NCBI GenBank assembly: GCA_038245905.1
Contig: JBBRRY010000009.1
Coordinates: 1 to 64,000, forward strand
DNA from: Thermoanaerobaculia bacterium
GTDB taxonomy: Bacteria; Acidobacteriota; Thermoanaerobaculia; UBA5066
Length of the DNA: 64,000 bases
Direction of reading: 5' to 3'
Position numbers and translations under genes: made by a program. Every line of letters starts with the position of its first letter. The stretch's first letter is position 1. Below the pieces are notes generated by a model. The model was given only the letters and a program-made list of their open reading frames with translations. It ran no database searches and had not been told where the DNA came from. Shown piece after piece: positions 1-9,300 of the stretch.

Positions 1-599
1 TCGCGAAGCTCCAGATCCCGCCCGCGGCCATCGATTCGAACCAGACGCTCAAACTCTACACGCCGCATCGCTATCGCTCGGCGACCGCCACGCTCCTCGT
101 CACCCATCCGACCGCACCGACTGGCGGGGGAGGGCGCATCGGAAGCATCTATGGGGGAGGGGGAGCGGGAACGGGCTCGACACCGACGCCGACCCGGACG
201 CCGACGCCGCGGGCCGTGCGGGACCAGGGCTATTCCGCCAGTCTCGGGTGCCCGGACACGCCGTCGGCGTTCCAGAACAACCCGAGCCAGGAGTTCGAGG
301 TCCGGAGCGCACAGGTGCAGGCGACGGCCGCGGCAAATTGGTTGGATTCTCGAACAAACGGAAACGTGCCGAAGTGCACGTACGCCGAGGACTTCCAGTT
401 CCAGTTCGTCATCAAGGGTCTGAGCGGCCAGAGCGACGTGACGGTCTCGTGGCGGCCGACGCACACCGGCAACTACTTCAATCCTCTCAGCTATTCGTCG
501 GGGGCCCAGACGATCACACTGCCGCAGGGGCGCTGGCGGATCGTGCCGGACGCGACGTTCCCGTCCGACTTCACGTTCACCGTCTCGTACCGCGACTAG
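1..599 (+). CDS. partial (5'-truncated) hypothetical extracellular protein with Gly-rich and PT linker and a beta-rich C-terminal domain
   Basis: Frame of the 216..599 ORF is open back to position 3 (AKLQIPPAAIDSNQ...GGGGAGTGSTPTPTRTPTP...), with a TAG stop at 597-599. Confidence 0.75.
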   Translation, partial: AKLQIPPAAIDSNQTLKLYTPHRYRSATATLLVTHPTAPTGGGGRIGSIYGGGGAGTGSTPTPTRTPTPRAVRDQGYSASLGCPDTPSAFQNNPSQEFEVRSAQVQATAAANWLDSRTNGNVPKCTYAEDFQFQFVIKGLSGQSDVTVSWRPTHTGNYFNPLSYSSGAQTITLPQGRWRIVPDATFPSDFTFTVSYRD

Positions 600-607
600 G
601 CGCCGGC

Positions 608-1081
608 GTGGCCACGCGTCTGCTTCTCGCCGCCCTGTTATTTATGACGCCGGCGGCTCTCGCCGCCGGCGCGCCGCCGCCGGCGCTCGAGGAACGCGAG
701 ATCACGTGGGAGGACGCGCGGCAGGCCGGCGCGACGCTGCCCGAGCCCGAGGTTGCGGACGCGTCCGCCGGCTGCCGGGCGACGACCGGCGTCGCGCGGT
801 CGGGCGGCGTTCTCTTCTCTCTTCGATGCCCGAGCGCTCTCGGAACGAAGTCCACGCACCCGGCGTACGCGGGCTTCCGCCTGAAGAACGGCTGGAAGGT
901 GAAGGACACGCACATCGTGGTCGTGGGCCAGTCGAAGGCGGGCTTCGACCTCGAGAAGCCCGCGCCCGGCTCGGACCAGCCGTTCCTGAAGGGGAGGCTC
1001 TGGGCCGGACCCGGCGGCGAAGTCCTCGTCGAGGTCTACGTGAAGGTCGAAGGGCCGAAGGGAACGAGCTATGCGAAGTGA
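608..1081 (+). CDS. secreted hypothetical protein, single 'RLKNGWKVK' domain
   Basis: GTG at 608 followed by a signal-peptide-like ATRLLLAALLFMTPAALA; clearly similar to the C-terminal half of 3421..4365. Confidence 0.75.
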   Translation: MATRLLLAALLFMTPAALAAGAPPPALEEREITWEDARQAGATLPEPEVADASAGCRATTGVARSGGVLFSLRCPSALGTKSTHPAYAGFRLKNGWKVKDTHIVVVGQSKAGFDLEKPAPGSDQPFLKGRLWAGPGGEVLVEVYVKVEGPKGTSYAK

Positions 1082-2477
1082 GCGCGGGTGTGTCGCCGCA
1101 GCTCTTCTCGCCCTCGCGAGCGTCGGCGCCGCGCGGGTTGCCTGGGCCGATGCCTTCGAGGCCGAGGCCGCAGGCTTTCACGTGAGGCTGGAAAGTGGCG
1201 CGCTCACCCAGGGCGTGGAGTTCGACACGATCACGGGCACAGTCTCGATCTGGCCCGTGGCGAGCCCCTTCCTCCGGTGGACGCTGCGGAACGCACGCGT
1301 CGTGCTGCCCAAGGGCCTCGCGGCGTCGGGAGCCGGCTCGAAGGCGGCAGGCATCGCGGTCGGCCCCGGCGCCCTTGGGGGCGTCGTGGCGGTCGGGGAG
1401 GGCGCGAAGGCCGGCGCGGTGGCGGTGGGGCCGGGTGCGACGGGCCCCGTGGCCGTCGGAGAGGGGGCGAAAGGCAGCGTGGTCTCGGTGGGACCGGGAT
1501 CGACGGGCGGCGCGGTCTCGGTGGGAGAGGGTTCGCGAGGTGGTGGGGTGGCCGTGGGAACGGGTGCGACCGGCGGTGTGGTCGGCGCCGGCGACGGAGC
1601 GACGGGCGGCGCAGTCGCCGTCGGGCACAACGCCCGCTCGGTCGGAATCGCAGCCGGCCAGGGGGCGACCGGGACCGCGGTGACCATCCGATCGAGCTTC
1701 GAGGGGACCGGTGACCTCGACGTCTACGTCGGCCCGCGCCGCGTCGTGGTGGGCGGTGTGATCGTCAGGTCGTCCGCTGCTGCCGAGCTGCACGCCCTCG
1801 CGCTGTCGGCTGGAAAATTCGTTCTCGGGGCGTGCGCGCACTCGGTCGAGAACGGCTCTTTCCTGTCGCCCGCGCATCTCACGCTCGTCGGCTCGCTCCG
1901 CTGCGGGTCGTGGGCCGTGGCGGCCTCGACGCTGACGCTCGAGGGCGGCGGCATCTCCGGTGGCGGAACGTTGACGGCATGGGGCAAGTCCTTCGCGATG
2001 GCCTACGGGGCTTCGGGCGACGGCTTGAGGGCGCAGGGCGCGTTGGAAGGCGCCGACACGCCGTGGAACAGGATTCCGGGCTTCGAGGCCGAGTTCCGGA
2101 TCGAGCGACCGCGGCTCGAGCTTGTGCTCGTTGGAGCGGTCCTCACGCCTTCATTCGGTGCATCAAGGATTGCCGCGCGGACGATCGCCAAGAGGCCGGA
2201 CAGCAGCCCATGGTCTTCTTCTTCGCTTTCGCCGGGCGTCGTGGTGATCCCCGCGCCGCCGGCGGGCCCGATCTCGGTTCCGTACCCCAACCTCGCGCCG
2301 CCGGCCGACGTCGAGAAGGGGGCGCGTGACGCCTGCGAGAGCGGAGCGCGGAAGACGCTGGCGGGGCAAGCGCTCCAGCACGCCCTCGACGTCTGCCGAT
2401 CCGGCCATCCAGCCCCGCCGGCCGTTCCGAACCTGCCGCGAACCGGCTCCCTGAGCGTCGGGGAGGTCTTCCCGTGA
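1071..2477 (+). CDS. secreted protein with ~10 tandem Gly/Ala/Val repeats (beta-solenoid-like)
   Basis: Signal peptide ending AWA-D; repeats such as VAVGEGAKAG / AVAVGPGATG; overlaps the upstream stop. Confidence 0.75.
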   Translation: MRSERGCVAAALLALASVGAARVAWADAFEAEAAGFHVRLESGALTQGVEFDTITGTVSIWPVASPFLRWTLRNARVVLPKGLAASGAGSKAAGIAVGPGALGGVVAVGEGAKAGAVAVGPGATGPVAVGEGAKGSVVSVGPGSTGGAVSVGEGSRGGGVAVGTGATGGVVGAGDGATGGAVAVGHNARSVGIAAGQGATGTAVTIRSSFEGTGDLDVYVGPRRVVVGGVIVRSSAAAELHALALSAGKFVLGACAHSVENGSFLSPAHLTLVGSLRCGSWAVAASTLTLEGGGISGGGTLTAWGKSFAMAYGASGDGLRAQGALEGADTPWNRIPGFEAEFRIERPRLELVLVGAVLTPSFGASRIAARTIAKRPDSSPWSSSSLSPGVVVIPAPPAGPISVPYPNLAPPADVEKGARDACESGARKTLAGQALQHALDVCRSGHPAPPAVPNLPRTGSLSVGEVFP

Positions 2478-2538
2478 CCCCGAAACGCATCCGCCCGCGC
2501 GTTCCATCTTGAAAGCCAAAGAGAGAAGGAGTCTTCCC

Positions 2539-3363
2539 ATGAGATCGATGACGAATTCCGCCACCCTGCTCGCCGCGCTCGCGCTCGCCGCAGGCTCCGC
2601 CTCCGCCCAGAAGGTCCCGCTGGACAAGATCGTGATGGAGAGCTTCGTCTCCGAACCGGCGCAGATCCCGCCGGGAGCGACCCAGGTTGTTCTCCGGGCC
2701 ACGGTAAAGAACGTCACGAACTCGAACCTCGCGGCCGGATACGTCCTGAACGGACTCAAGCTGAGGATTTTCCGGACGCAGCCGACGCCCGAGATCCTGG
2801 AGATGGAAACGACGATCAACAACCTCGCCGCTGGCGCCACCCAGAGCGCCGGGGCTCGGGTAAACGTCGGGCCCGGCGTCCGCAAGTATCGCGCCGTCGT
2901 AGACCCCGACAACACGCTCCACGAGCCGCTCCAGCAGAGCCTGAACAATGAGAGGCGCATCGAACTAACGGTCCCGGTCGAGGCACCCCCGGGTCCTGGG
3001 CCGGTCGCCGGGTTGGAGCGCGGGTCCTCGAGGGTGCCTGTCGCCGACCTTGTCAAGGCCAACGCCGTGAAGTCCGTGGCCATGGCCCCCGGAGAAGATG
3101 CCATCCCGGGAGTTTCGGTCCAGGGCACGATCACGCTGTACTCGCCGGCCGGTCCCTCGGGACAGCCCGTGAGTCTTTCGAGCTCGAGCGATTCGATCAG
3201 AGTGCCGCCGAGCGTGACGGTCGCACCGGGCAGTTCGACGGCGAACTTCACGATGGTTGTTCCGCGGGGGGCCAGCACGGGCAGAGTGACCGTCAGCGCC
3301 GTGATTCCCGGGTCGGTCAGTCTTCCGAAAACGGTTGTGATTGAAGTCTTCTACTCAAATTGA
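2539..3363 (+). CDS. secreted protein: CARDB-like Ig domain plus C-terminal Ig-like domain
   Basis: ATG 2539 after AAGGAG; signal peptide ending ASA-Q; ATVKN...LAAGATQS...VVDPDNTLHE...NN is a CARDB-type pattern. Confidence 0.75.
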   Translation: MRSMTNSATLLAALALAAGSASAQKVPLDKIVMESFVSEPAQIPPGATQVVLRATVKNVTNSNLAAGYVLNGLKLRIFRTQPTPEILEMETTINNLAAGATQSAGARVNVGPGVRKYRAVVDPDNTLHEPLQQSLNNERRIELTVPVEAPPGPGPVAGLERGSSRVPVADLVKANAVKSVAMAPGEDAIPGVSVQGTITLYSPAGPSGQPVSLSSSSDSIRVPPSVTVAPGSSTANFTMVVPRGASTGRVTVSAVIPGSVSLPKTVVIEVFYSN

Positions 3364-3420
3364 ACCTCGCGCCGCCGCTCCCGCGCGTCGCATGACGAAA
3401 GCCGAAAGAGGAATCTCTCC

Positions 3421-4365
3421 ATGCGCATGACGCCGAAAGCCATCCTGTTGCTCGTCGCCCTCGCTCTGTGCGCAGGCGCGGCATCCGCCCAGCCCAAGGA
3501 CTACAAGGGGCCGGGCCGCGAGCTTCCGCAGTCGTTCGACAAGGTCGAGATGACGGGCTTCGTCTGTGAGCCGTCGCCGATCCCCGCCGGGACGGCGCAG
3601 GTGACGCTGAAGATCACGGTGAAGAACGTGACCAACGGGGGCGGCGCCGCGGGATTCGTCCTGAACGGCCAGAAGATCCGCATGCTCCGGACGAACCCGC
3701 AGCCCGACGTCCTCGAGCTCGAGACGTCGATCGTCAACCTCGCGCCTGGCGCGAGCCAGACCGTCGGGGCGCGCGTCAACGTCGCGCCCGGCGTCCGAGA
3801 GTACTTCGCGCGCGTGGACCCGGACGACACGCTCCACGAGCCGTTCGCGCAGCGATTCAACAACGAGAAGCGGCTGAAGCTCACGATCCCGCAGGCTCTG
3901 GGGCAGCGGGAGCCGGCTCCGGGCTCGGCGCCGCAGATGGAAACGCAGCTCCTCGACTACGACAAGGCCAAACGGTCCGGCGCGCAGTTTCCGGGCGGCA
4001 TCGAGGGAAACACGCCGTGCAGCCCTGTCGGCGTCTTTGACCAGAGGAAGTACCCCGACTACACCCTCAACCGCCCGCCGCTCGGAATCCTCTTCGTCGT
4101 CGATTGCGGGCTCGTGCCGTTCGGCGGCCGTGCCACCCCGGAAGCGTTCGCCGGATACCGTCTCAAGAACGGCTGGAAGGTGAAGAGTTTCGACGTGGTC
4201 GACACCAATCCAAACGCGGGCAACTGGGAGTGGAGAAAGACGCCCGCGAAGGGATCGGACGACCCTTCGATGAGCATGCATGTGTGGGCCGAAGGCGGGG
4301 GCTGGGTGCTGGCACTCGTGAAGGTGGAGATCGAAGGCCCCGCCGGGACGAACCCGTACCAGTGA
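3421..4365 (+). CDS. secreted protein: CARDB-like domain plus 'RLKNGWKVK' domain
   Basis: Signal peptide; N-half paralogous to 2539..3363, C-half paralogous to 608..1081. Confidence 0.8.
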   Translation: MRMTPKAILLLVALALCAGAASAQPKDYKGPGRELPQSFDKVEMTGFVCEPSPIPAGTAQVTLKITVKNVTNGGGAAGFVLNGQKIRMLRTNPQPDVLELETSIVNLAPGASQTVGARVNVAPGVREYFARVDPDDTLHEPFAQRFNNEKRLKLTIPQALGQREPAPGSAPQMETQLLDYDKAKRSGAQFPGGIEGNTPCSPVGVFDQRKYPDYTLNRPPLGILFVVDCGLVPFGGRATPEAFAGYRLKNGWKVKSFDVVDTNPNAGNWEWRKTPAKGSDDPSMSMHVWAEGGGWVLALVKVEIEGPAGTNPYQ

Positions 4366-4431
4366 CGAAGCCGTGATTGAAGGCCGGGTCGGCGCGCTCC
4401 GAGAGGGGCGCGCCCTTGCTACGATCGGGCC

Positions 4432-6249
4432 ATGAAGCGTTTCAGCTCGTTCTCCGTGGTCTTCGCATCCGCCGCACTCCTCGCCTTTTCCGTCACCGGC
4501 CAACCGGTGCCCGCGCCGACCGTCGCGGAGGCGGAGGCCTTCATCCGGAACGCCGAGCAGCGCCTTCTCACGCTCTCCGTCGAAGCGGCGCGCGCCGACT
4601 GGGTCAAGATCAACTTCATTACCGAGGACACGGAAATCCTCGCGGCGAAAGCGGACGAGCGCGCGATCAACGCGGGCGTCGAGCTCGCGAAGCAGTCGGT
4701 GCGCTTCGACAAGCTCGCACTGCCTCCCGACGTCGCCCGCAAGATGAAGCTCCTGAAGAACGGGCTCACGCTCGCGACGCCGGCCGACCCGAAGGACAGC
4801 GAGCAGCTGACGCGTATCGCGTCGTCGATGGAGGGCCTCTACGGAAAGGGCAAGTCCTGCCGGCCGGGCAAGGACGGCAAAGAAGTGTGCCGCGACATCG
4901 GCGACCTCTCGAAGGTTCTGGCGACGAGCCGTGACTACGACGAGCTTCTCGACGCGTGGACGGGCTGGCATTCCATCTCCAAGCCGATGCGAAAGGATTT
5001 CGTCACGTACGTCGCGCTCGCGAACAAGGGCGCGAGGGAGCTGGGCTTCGCCGATACGGGAGCCATGTGGCGCTCGAAATACGACATGCCGCCGGACGCG
5101 TTCGCAGCGGAGCTGGATCGCATCTGGGAGCAGGTGAAGCCGCTCTACCTCTCGCTCCACGCGTACGTAAGGACGAAGCTGCGCGAGAAATACGGCGACC
5201 GTGTGCCGGCGAACGGGCCGATTCCCGCGCATCTCCTCGGCAACATGTGGGCGCAGGAGTGGGGAAACATTTACCCGCTCGTCGCGCCTCGGGGCGCCGA
5301 TCCGGGCTACGACCTGACGCAGATCCTGAAGAGCCGGAAGACGAACGACCAGCAGATGGTGAAGTACGGCGAGGGTTTCTTCACGTCGCTCGGGTTCGCG
5401 CCGCTGCCCGAGACGTTCTGGAAGCGCTCGCTCTTCGTGAAGCCGCGGGATCGCGACGTCGTGTGCCACGCGAGCGCCTGGGACGTGGACGCGGACAACG
5501 ACCTCCGCATCAAGATGTGCATCGACATCACGGCCGAGGACTTCGCGACGATCCATCACGAGCTGGGGCACAACTTCTACCAGCGCGCGTACAACCAGCA
5601 GCCCTTCCTCTTCCGCGACAGCGCGAACGACGGCTTCCACGAGGCCGTCGGCGACACGATCGCGCTCTCGGTGACCCCCGAGTACCTCGTGAAGCTCGGG
5701 CTCCTCGACAAGGCGCCCGACTCGACGAAGGACATCGGACTGCTCCTCGACAAGGCGCTCGAGAAGATCGCCTTCCTTCCCTTCGGGCTCGTGATCGACC
5801 AGTGGCGCTGGAAGGTGTTCTCGGGCCAGATCCCGCCGGAGAAATACAACGAGGCGTGGTGGGAGCTTCGGAAGAAGTATCAGGGAATCGCGCCTCCGGC
5901 CCTGCGGAGCGAGCAGGACTTCGACCCGGGCGCGAAGTTCCACGTGCCCGGCAGCACGCCCTACATGCGCTATTTCCTCGCGGACATCCTGCAGTTCCAG
6001 TTCCACCGCGCACTCGCCGCGACCGCCGGCTGCAAGGGCCCTCTGAACCGCTGCTCGATCTACGGGAGCAAGGAGGCCGGGGCGCGGCTGAACGCGACCC
6101 TCTCCATGGGCGCGAGCCGTCCCTGGCCCGAGGCCATGGCGGTCCTCACGGGGCAGAAGGAAATGGACGCCACCGCGATTCGCGAATACTTCGCGCCCCT
6201 CCAGAAGTGGCTGGACGAACAGAACAAGGGGAAGCCGGTCGGCTGGTAG
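4432..6249 (+). CDS. M2 family metallopeptidase (ACE-like peptidyl-dipeptidase)
   Basis: HHELGH zinc motif, GFHEAVGD, PAHLLGNMWAQEW, FDPGAKFHVP; signal peptide. Confidence 0.95.
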   Translation: MKRFSSFSVVFASAALLAFSVTGQPVPAPTVAEAEAFIRNAEQRLLTLSVEAARADWVKINFITEDTEILAAKADERAINAGVELAKQSVRFDKLALPPDVARKMKLLKNGLTLATPADPKDSEQLTRIASSMEGLYGKGKSCRPGKDGKEVCRDIGDLSKVLATSRDYDELLDAWTGWHSISKPMRKDFVTYVALANKGARELGFADTGAMWRSKYDMPPDAFAAELDRIWEQVKPLYLSLHAYVRTKLREKYGDRVPANGPIPAHLLGNMWAQEWGNIYPLVAPRGADPGYDLTQILKSRKTNDQQMVKYGEGFFTSLGFAPLPETFWKRSLFVKPRDRDVVCHASAWDVDADNDLRIKMCIDITAEDFATIHHELGHNFYQRAYNQQPFLFRDSANDGFHEAVGDTIALSVTPEYLVKLGLLDKAPDSTKDIGLLLDKALEKIAFLPFGLVIDQWRWKVFSGQIPPEKYNEAWWELRKKYQGIAPPALRSEQDFDPGAKFHVPGSTPYMRYFLADILQFQFHRALAATAGCKGPLNRCSIYGSKEAGARLNATLSMGASRPWPEAMAVLTGQKEMDATAIREYFAPLQKWLDEQNKGKPVGW

Positions 6250-6366
6250 CTCACTTTTCGGAGTCTCGAATGACCCCTCGCCGCCCGGAATGACGCGTTC
6301 TATGTCGAAAGCGCTAAACAAGGGTCTTCCATGGCAGGATTGCGGGAACCTGAGGGGGACAAGCCG

Positions 6367-9300
6367 ATGAGACGGGGCCTCGGAACGCGGAGCCTACGGG
6401 CCGGACTGTTGGCGCTGGGCGCCTTTCTTCTTGCGCACGAAGCGAGTGCGGCGATCGTCCTCACGCCGAACGCGGCGGCCCTCTACCCCACGCAAACCGT
6501 CACGGTCACCGCAAACCTGTCGGGGCTGCCCGTCCTGGCGGCGGGCACGGGGACCCTCTCGACCACGGGCCTCGCGGGCGTCTCGACGATCCCGGCGGTT
6601 ATCACCTTCACGAAGCTCTCGCGCCTGACGGTCGCCGCGGCGACGTTCCAGATCGTCGTCGCAGCCTCGGCGGTCGCCACCACGGGGACGATGGTCGTCA
6701 CGGACGTGACCTTCGGCGGCGGGTCAGCGCCGTTCACGGTCCAGATCGTCGAGCCCACACTGCATCTGTCGGTCACGACGCCGACGGTCACCCTCGGTGC
6801 GTCCACGATCAACGTCAACGTGCGCGTCCAGCCGGATCCCGGCTTCGGCAAGAACGTTCCCGCGAGCGGAGTTCCGCTGCTCTTCGGAGTGGACGCGGGC
6901 GCGCCGCCGGCGAACGTCACGGCGGGCGGCGCGCAGAACGAGACGTCGCCCTTCGGGAGGACGCTCACGTTCCCGTTCAGCCGGACCGGCGCCGTGACGG
7001 GCGGGTCCTACACGGTGATCGTGGCGGCCGCGTGGAACGGAACGGCGGGGCCTCAGACGGCGACCGCGCCCATGACGCTCCTCGTCCCGGACGTCTCGGT
7101 CATTCCGGCGGCGTTCCCGACCTCGGTCTGCAACGGAGGGCTCGCGAGCACGACGAACCCCTACGCGATCATCAGCAACTTCGGCTACGCGGGGACGGTC
7201 ACGACGAACCCGGTGTCCGTGCCACCGGGCGTCACGCCCGTGGGGTTTCCGAAGTCGTACACGCTCGCGGCCGGCCAGACGCTCCAGCAGCCTTTCACGT
7301 TCCAGGCCCTCGGTGCGGCGGTGGGCAGCCAGATCGTGACCGCCAGCCTCCTGGACGCGGCCGCCGGGATCAACAAGACGTATTCCGTCGGAATCACGGT
7401 CATCAACCCGAACGTGACGGCGACGACTACGACCGCGTCGATCTCGATGCAGGCGGGCGGCGCGAGCCAGGCCTTCACAGCGAACACGACCGGGCCGCCG
7501 ATCATCTGCAACGCGTTCAACACAGTCGACTACACGGTCACGGGCCTGCCAGCCGGGTTCACGCTGCCGGGCATGGTGAGCGTCAGCCCCGCCCCGGGCG
7601 GCCCCTATCCGGCGGCGAATCTCCCGATCTCGGCGGGCGCGGGCGTCGTCCCGGGTTCGTATCCCGCGAACGTTCACTTCAACGTCACGAAGACGGGACA
7701 GTCAGGCAACGTGCCGGTCACGGTGAACGTGTCGGGGGGGCCGGACTTCACGCTCGCCGCCTCCGTGAACCCGATCACGATCAATCAGGGACAGACCGGC
7801 AGCACCGTGATCTCCCTGAACCCGCTGAACGGATTCAACGGCGCCGCAAATTGCACGATCCCGGCTATTCAGAGCGTCACGCCGAGCCCGAACGCGTTTG
7901 CGGTCGGAGTCGGAAAGCCGACGAGCGTCGCCTTCACCGTCGCCGCCAACGCGGCGCCGGGCACGTACACGGCCTCCGTCGACGGAACGGCGGCGGGAGT
8001 ACCGGGCACGCGGAGCGTGAAGGTGACCATCGTCGTTCCGCCGCCTCCGGACTTCACGCTGACCGCGAGCGTCCCGACCCTCACTCTGGCGCAGGGCGGG
8101 ACCGGGAAGATCACCTTCACGATGAACGCCCTGAACGGGTGGAATTTCCCGGTGACGCTCTCCGTCCCCGTGATTCCCAACGTGACGGCGGCGCTTACGA
8201 CGGGGACGTTCCCCGGGGCGGGCGGACCGATCGACGTGACGTTCACGGCGTCGGCCGCCGCTCCGGCCGGGACGATTCCCGTAATCGTGAGCGGCACGAA
8301 TGTGAACGTGAACGGTTCACCGACGACGCGCACGGCGAACGTCAACATCCTGGTCCAGCCGCCGCAGGACTTCTCGCTCGCGGTGTCACCGCTCACCCTG
8401 AGGCTCGTCCAGGGGGACACGGGCCCCGTCACCGTCACGTTGAACGCGCTGAACGGCTTCACGGGCGCGGCCAGCGTCACGGCGCCGGCGCCGAGCGGTG
8501 TCACGTTCAGCTCGACCTCGTTCGCGGTCGGGGCGGGCGCTCCCGCGACGATCCAGGTCATCACGACGCCGGCGACTCCGGTCGGGACGAGCACGGTCAC
8601 GTTCACGGCGACCGCTCCGGGCGTGACGGGTCAGCGGACCGGCAGCTTCTCGCTCACGGTCGATCCGAAGCCCGACTTCAGCCTGCTCGTGCAGCCGCCC
8701 GGCGTGACGCTCGCGCCGCTCGGGACGACGCAGGTCACCGTGACGGTCCAGGGCAGCCTGGCGGGATTCGTCGACGTCGCCGCGCCGACGACGATTCCCG
8801 GCGTGTCGTTCAACCCGCTCACGTTCTCGATCCCGGTCGGAGGGAGCAAGACGTTCGACGTCACGGCGGGCGCGGCCGCGACGGGCACCGCTTCGGGCGT
8901 TTTCATCGGAATCGCGGGCGGCGGGACGCTCCAACATACCGCCAGCTTCACGGTGGCCATGTCGGCGTCGCCCGATTTCCAGGTCGTCCTGGCGCCGCCG
9001 ACACTCGTCCTCTCGGCAGGGGGGGCGGGCCTTTCGAACGTGTCGATCGTCCCGATCAACGGTTTCGGCGGAACGTTCAACCTGACGATCGCGCCGCCGA
9101 GCGGGATCACGGTCACGCCCCTCTCCGCGGCAAACGTCGCTCCGAACACGGCGACCGTCCTCGGCGTATCGGTCGCGCCCGGGCTCTTCGGCGTCTTCGA
9201 CGTCCCCGTTTCGGCGACGTCGACGCAGCTGCCGCTGACCCGCTCGGCGACGCTGCGGGTCACCGTTCCGGCCCCGGACTACACCCTGACGGCGACTCCG

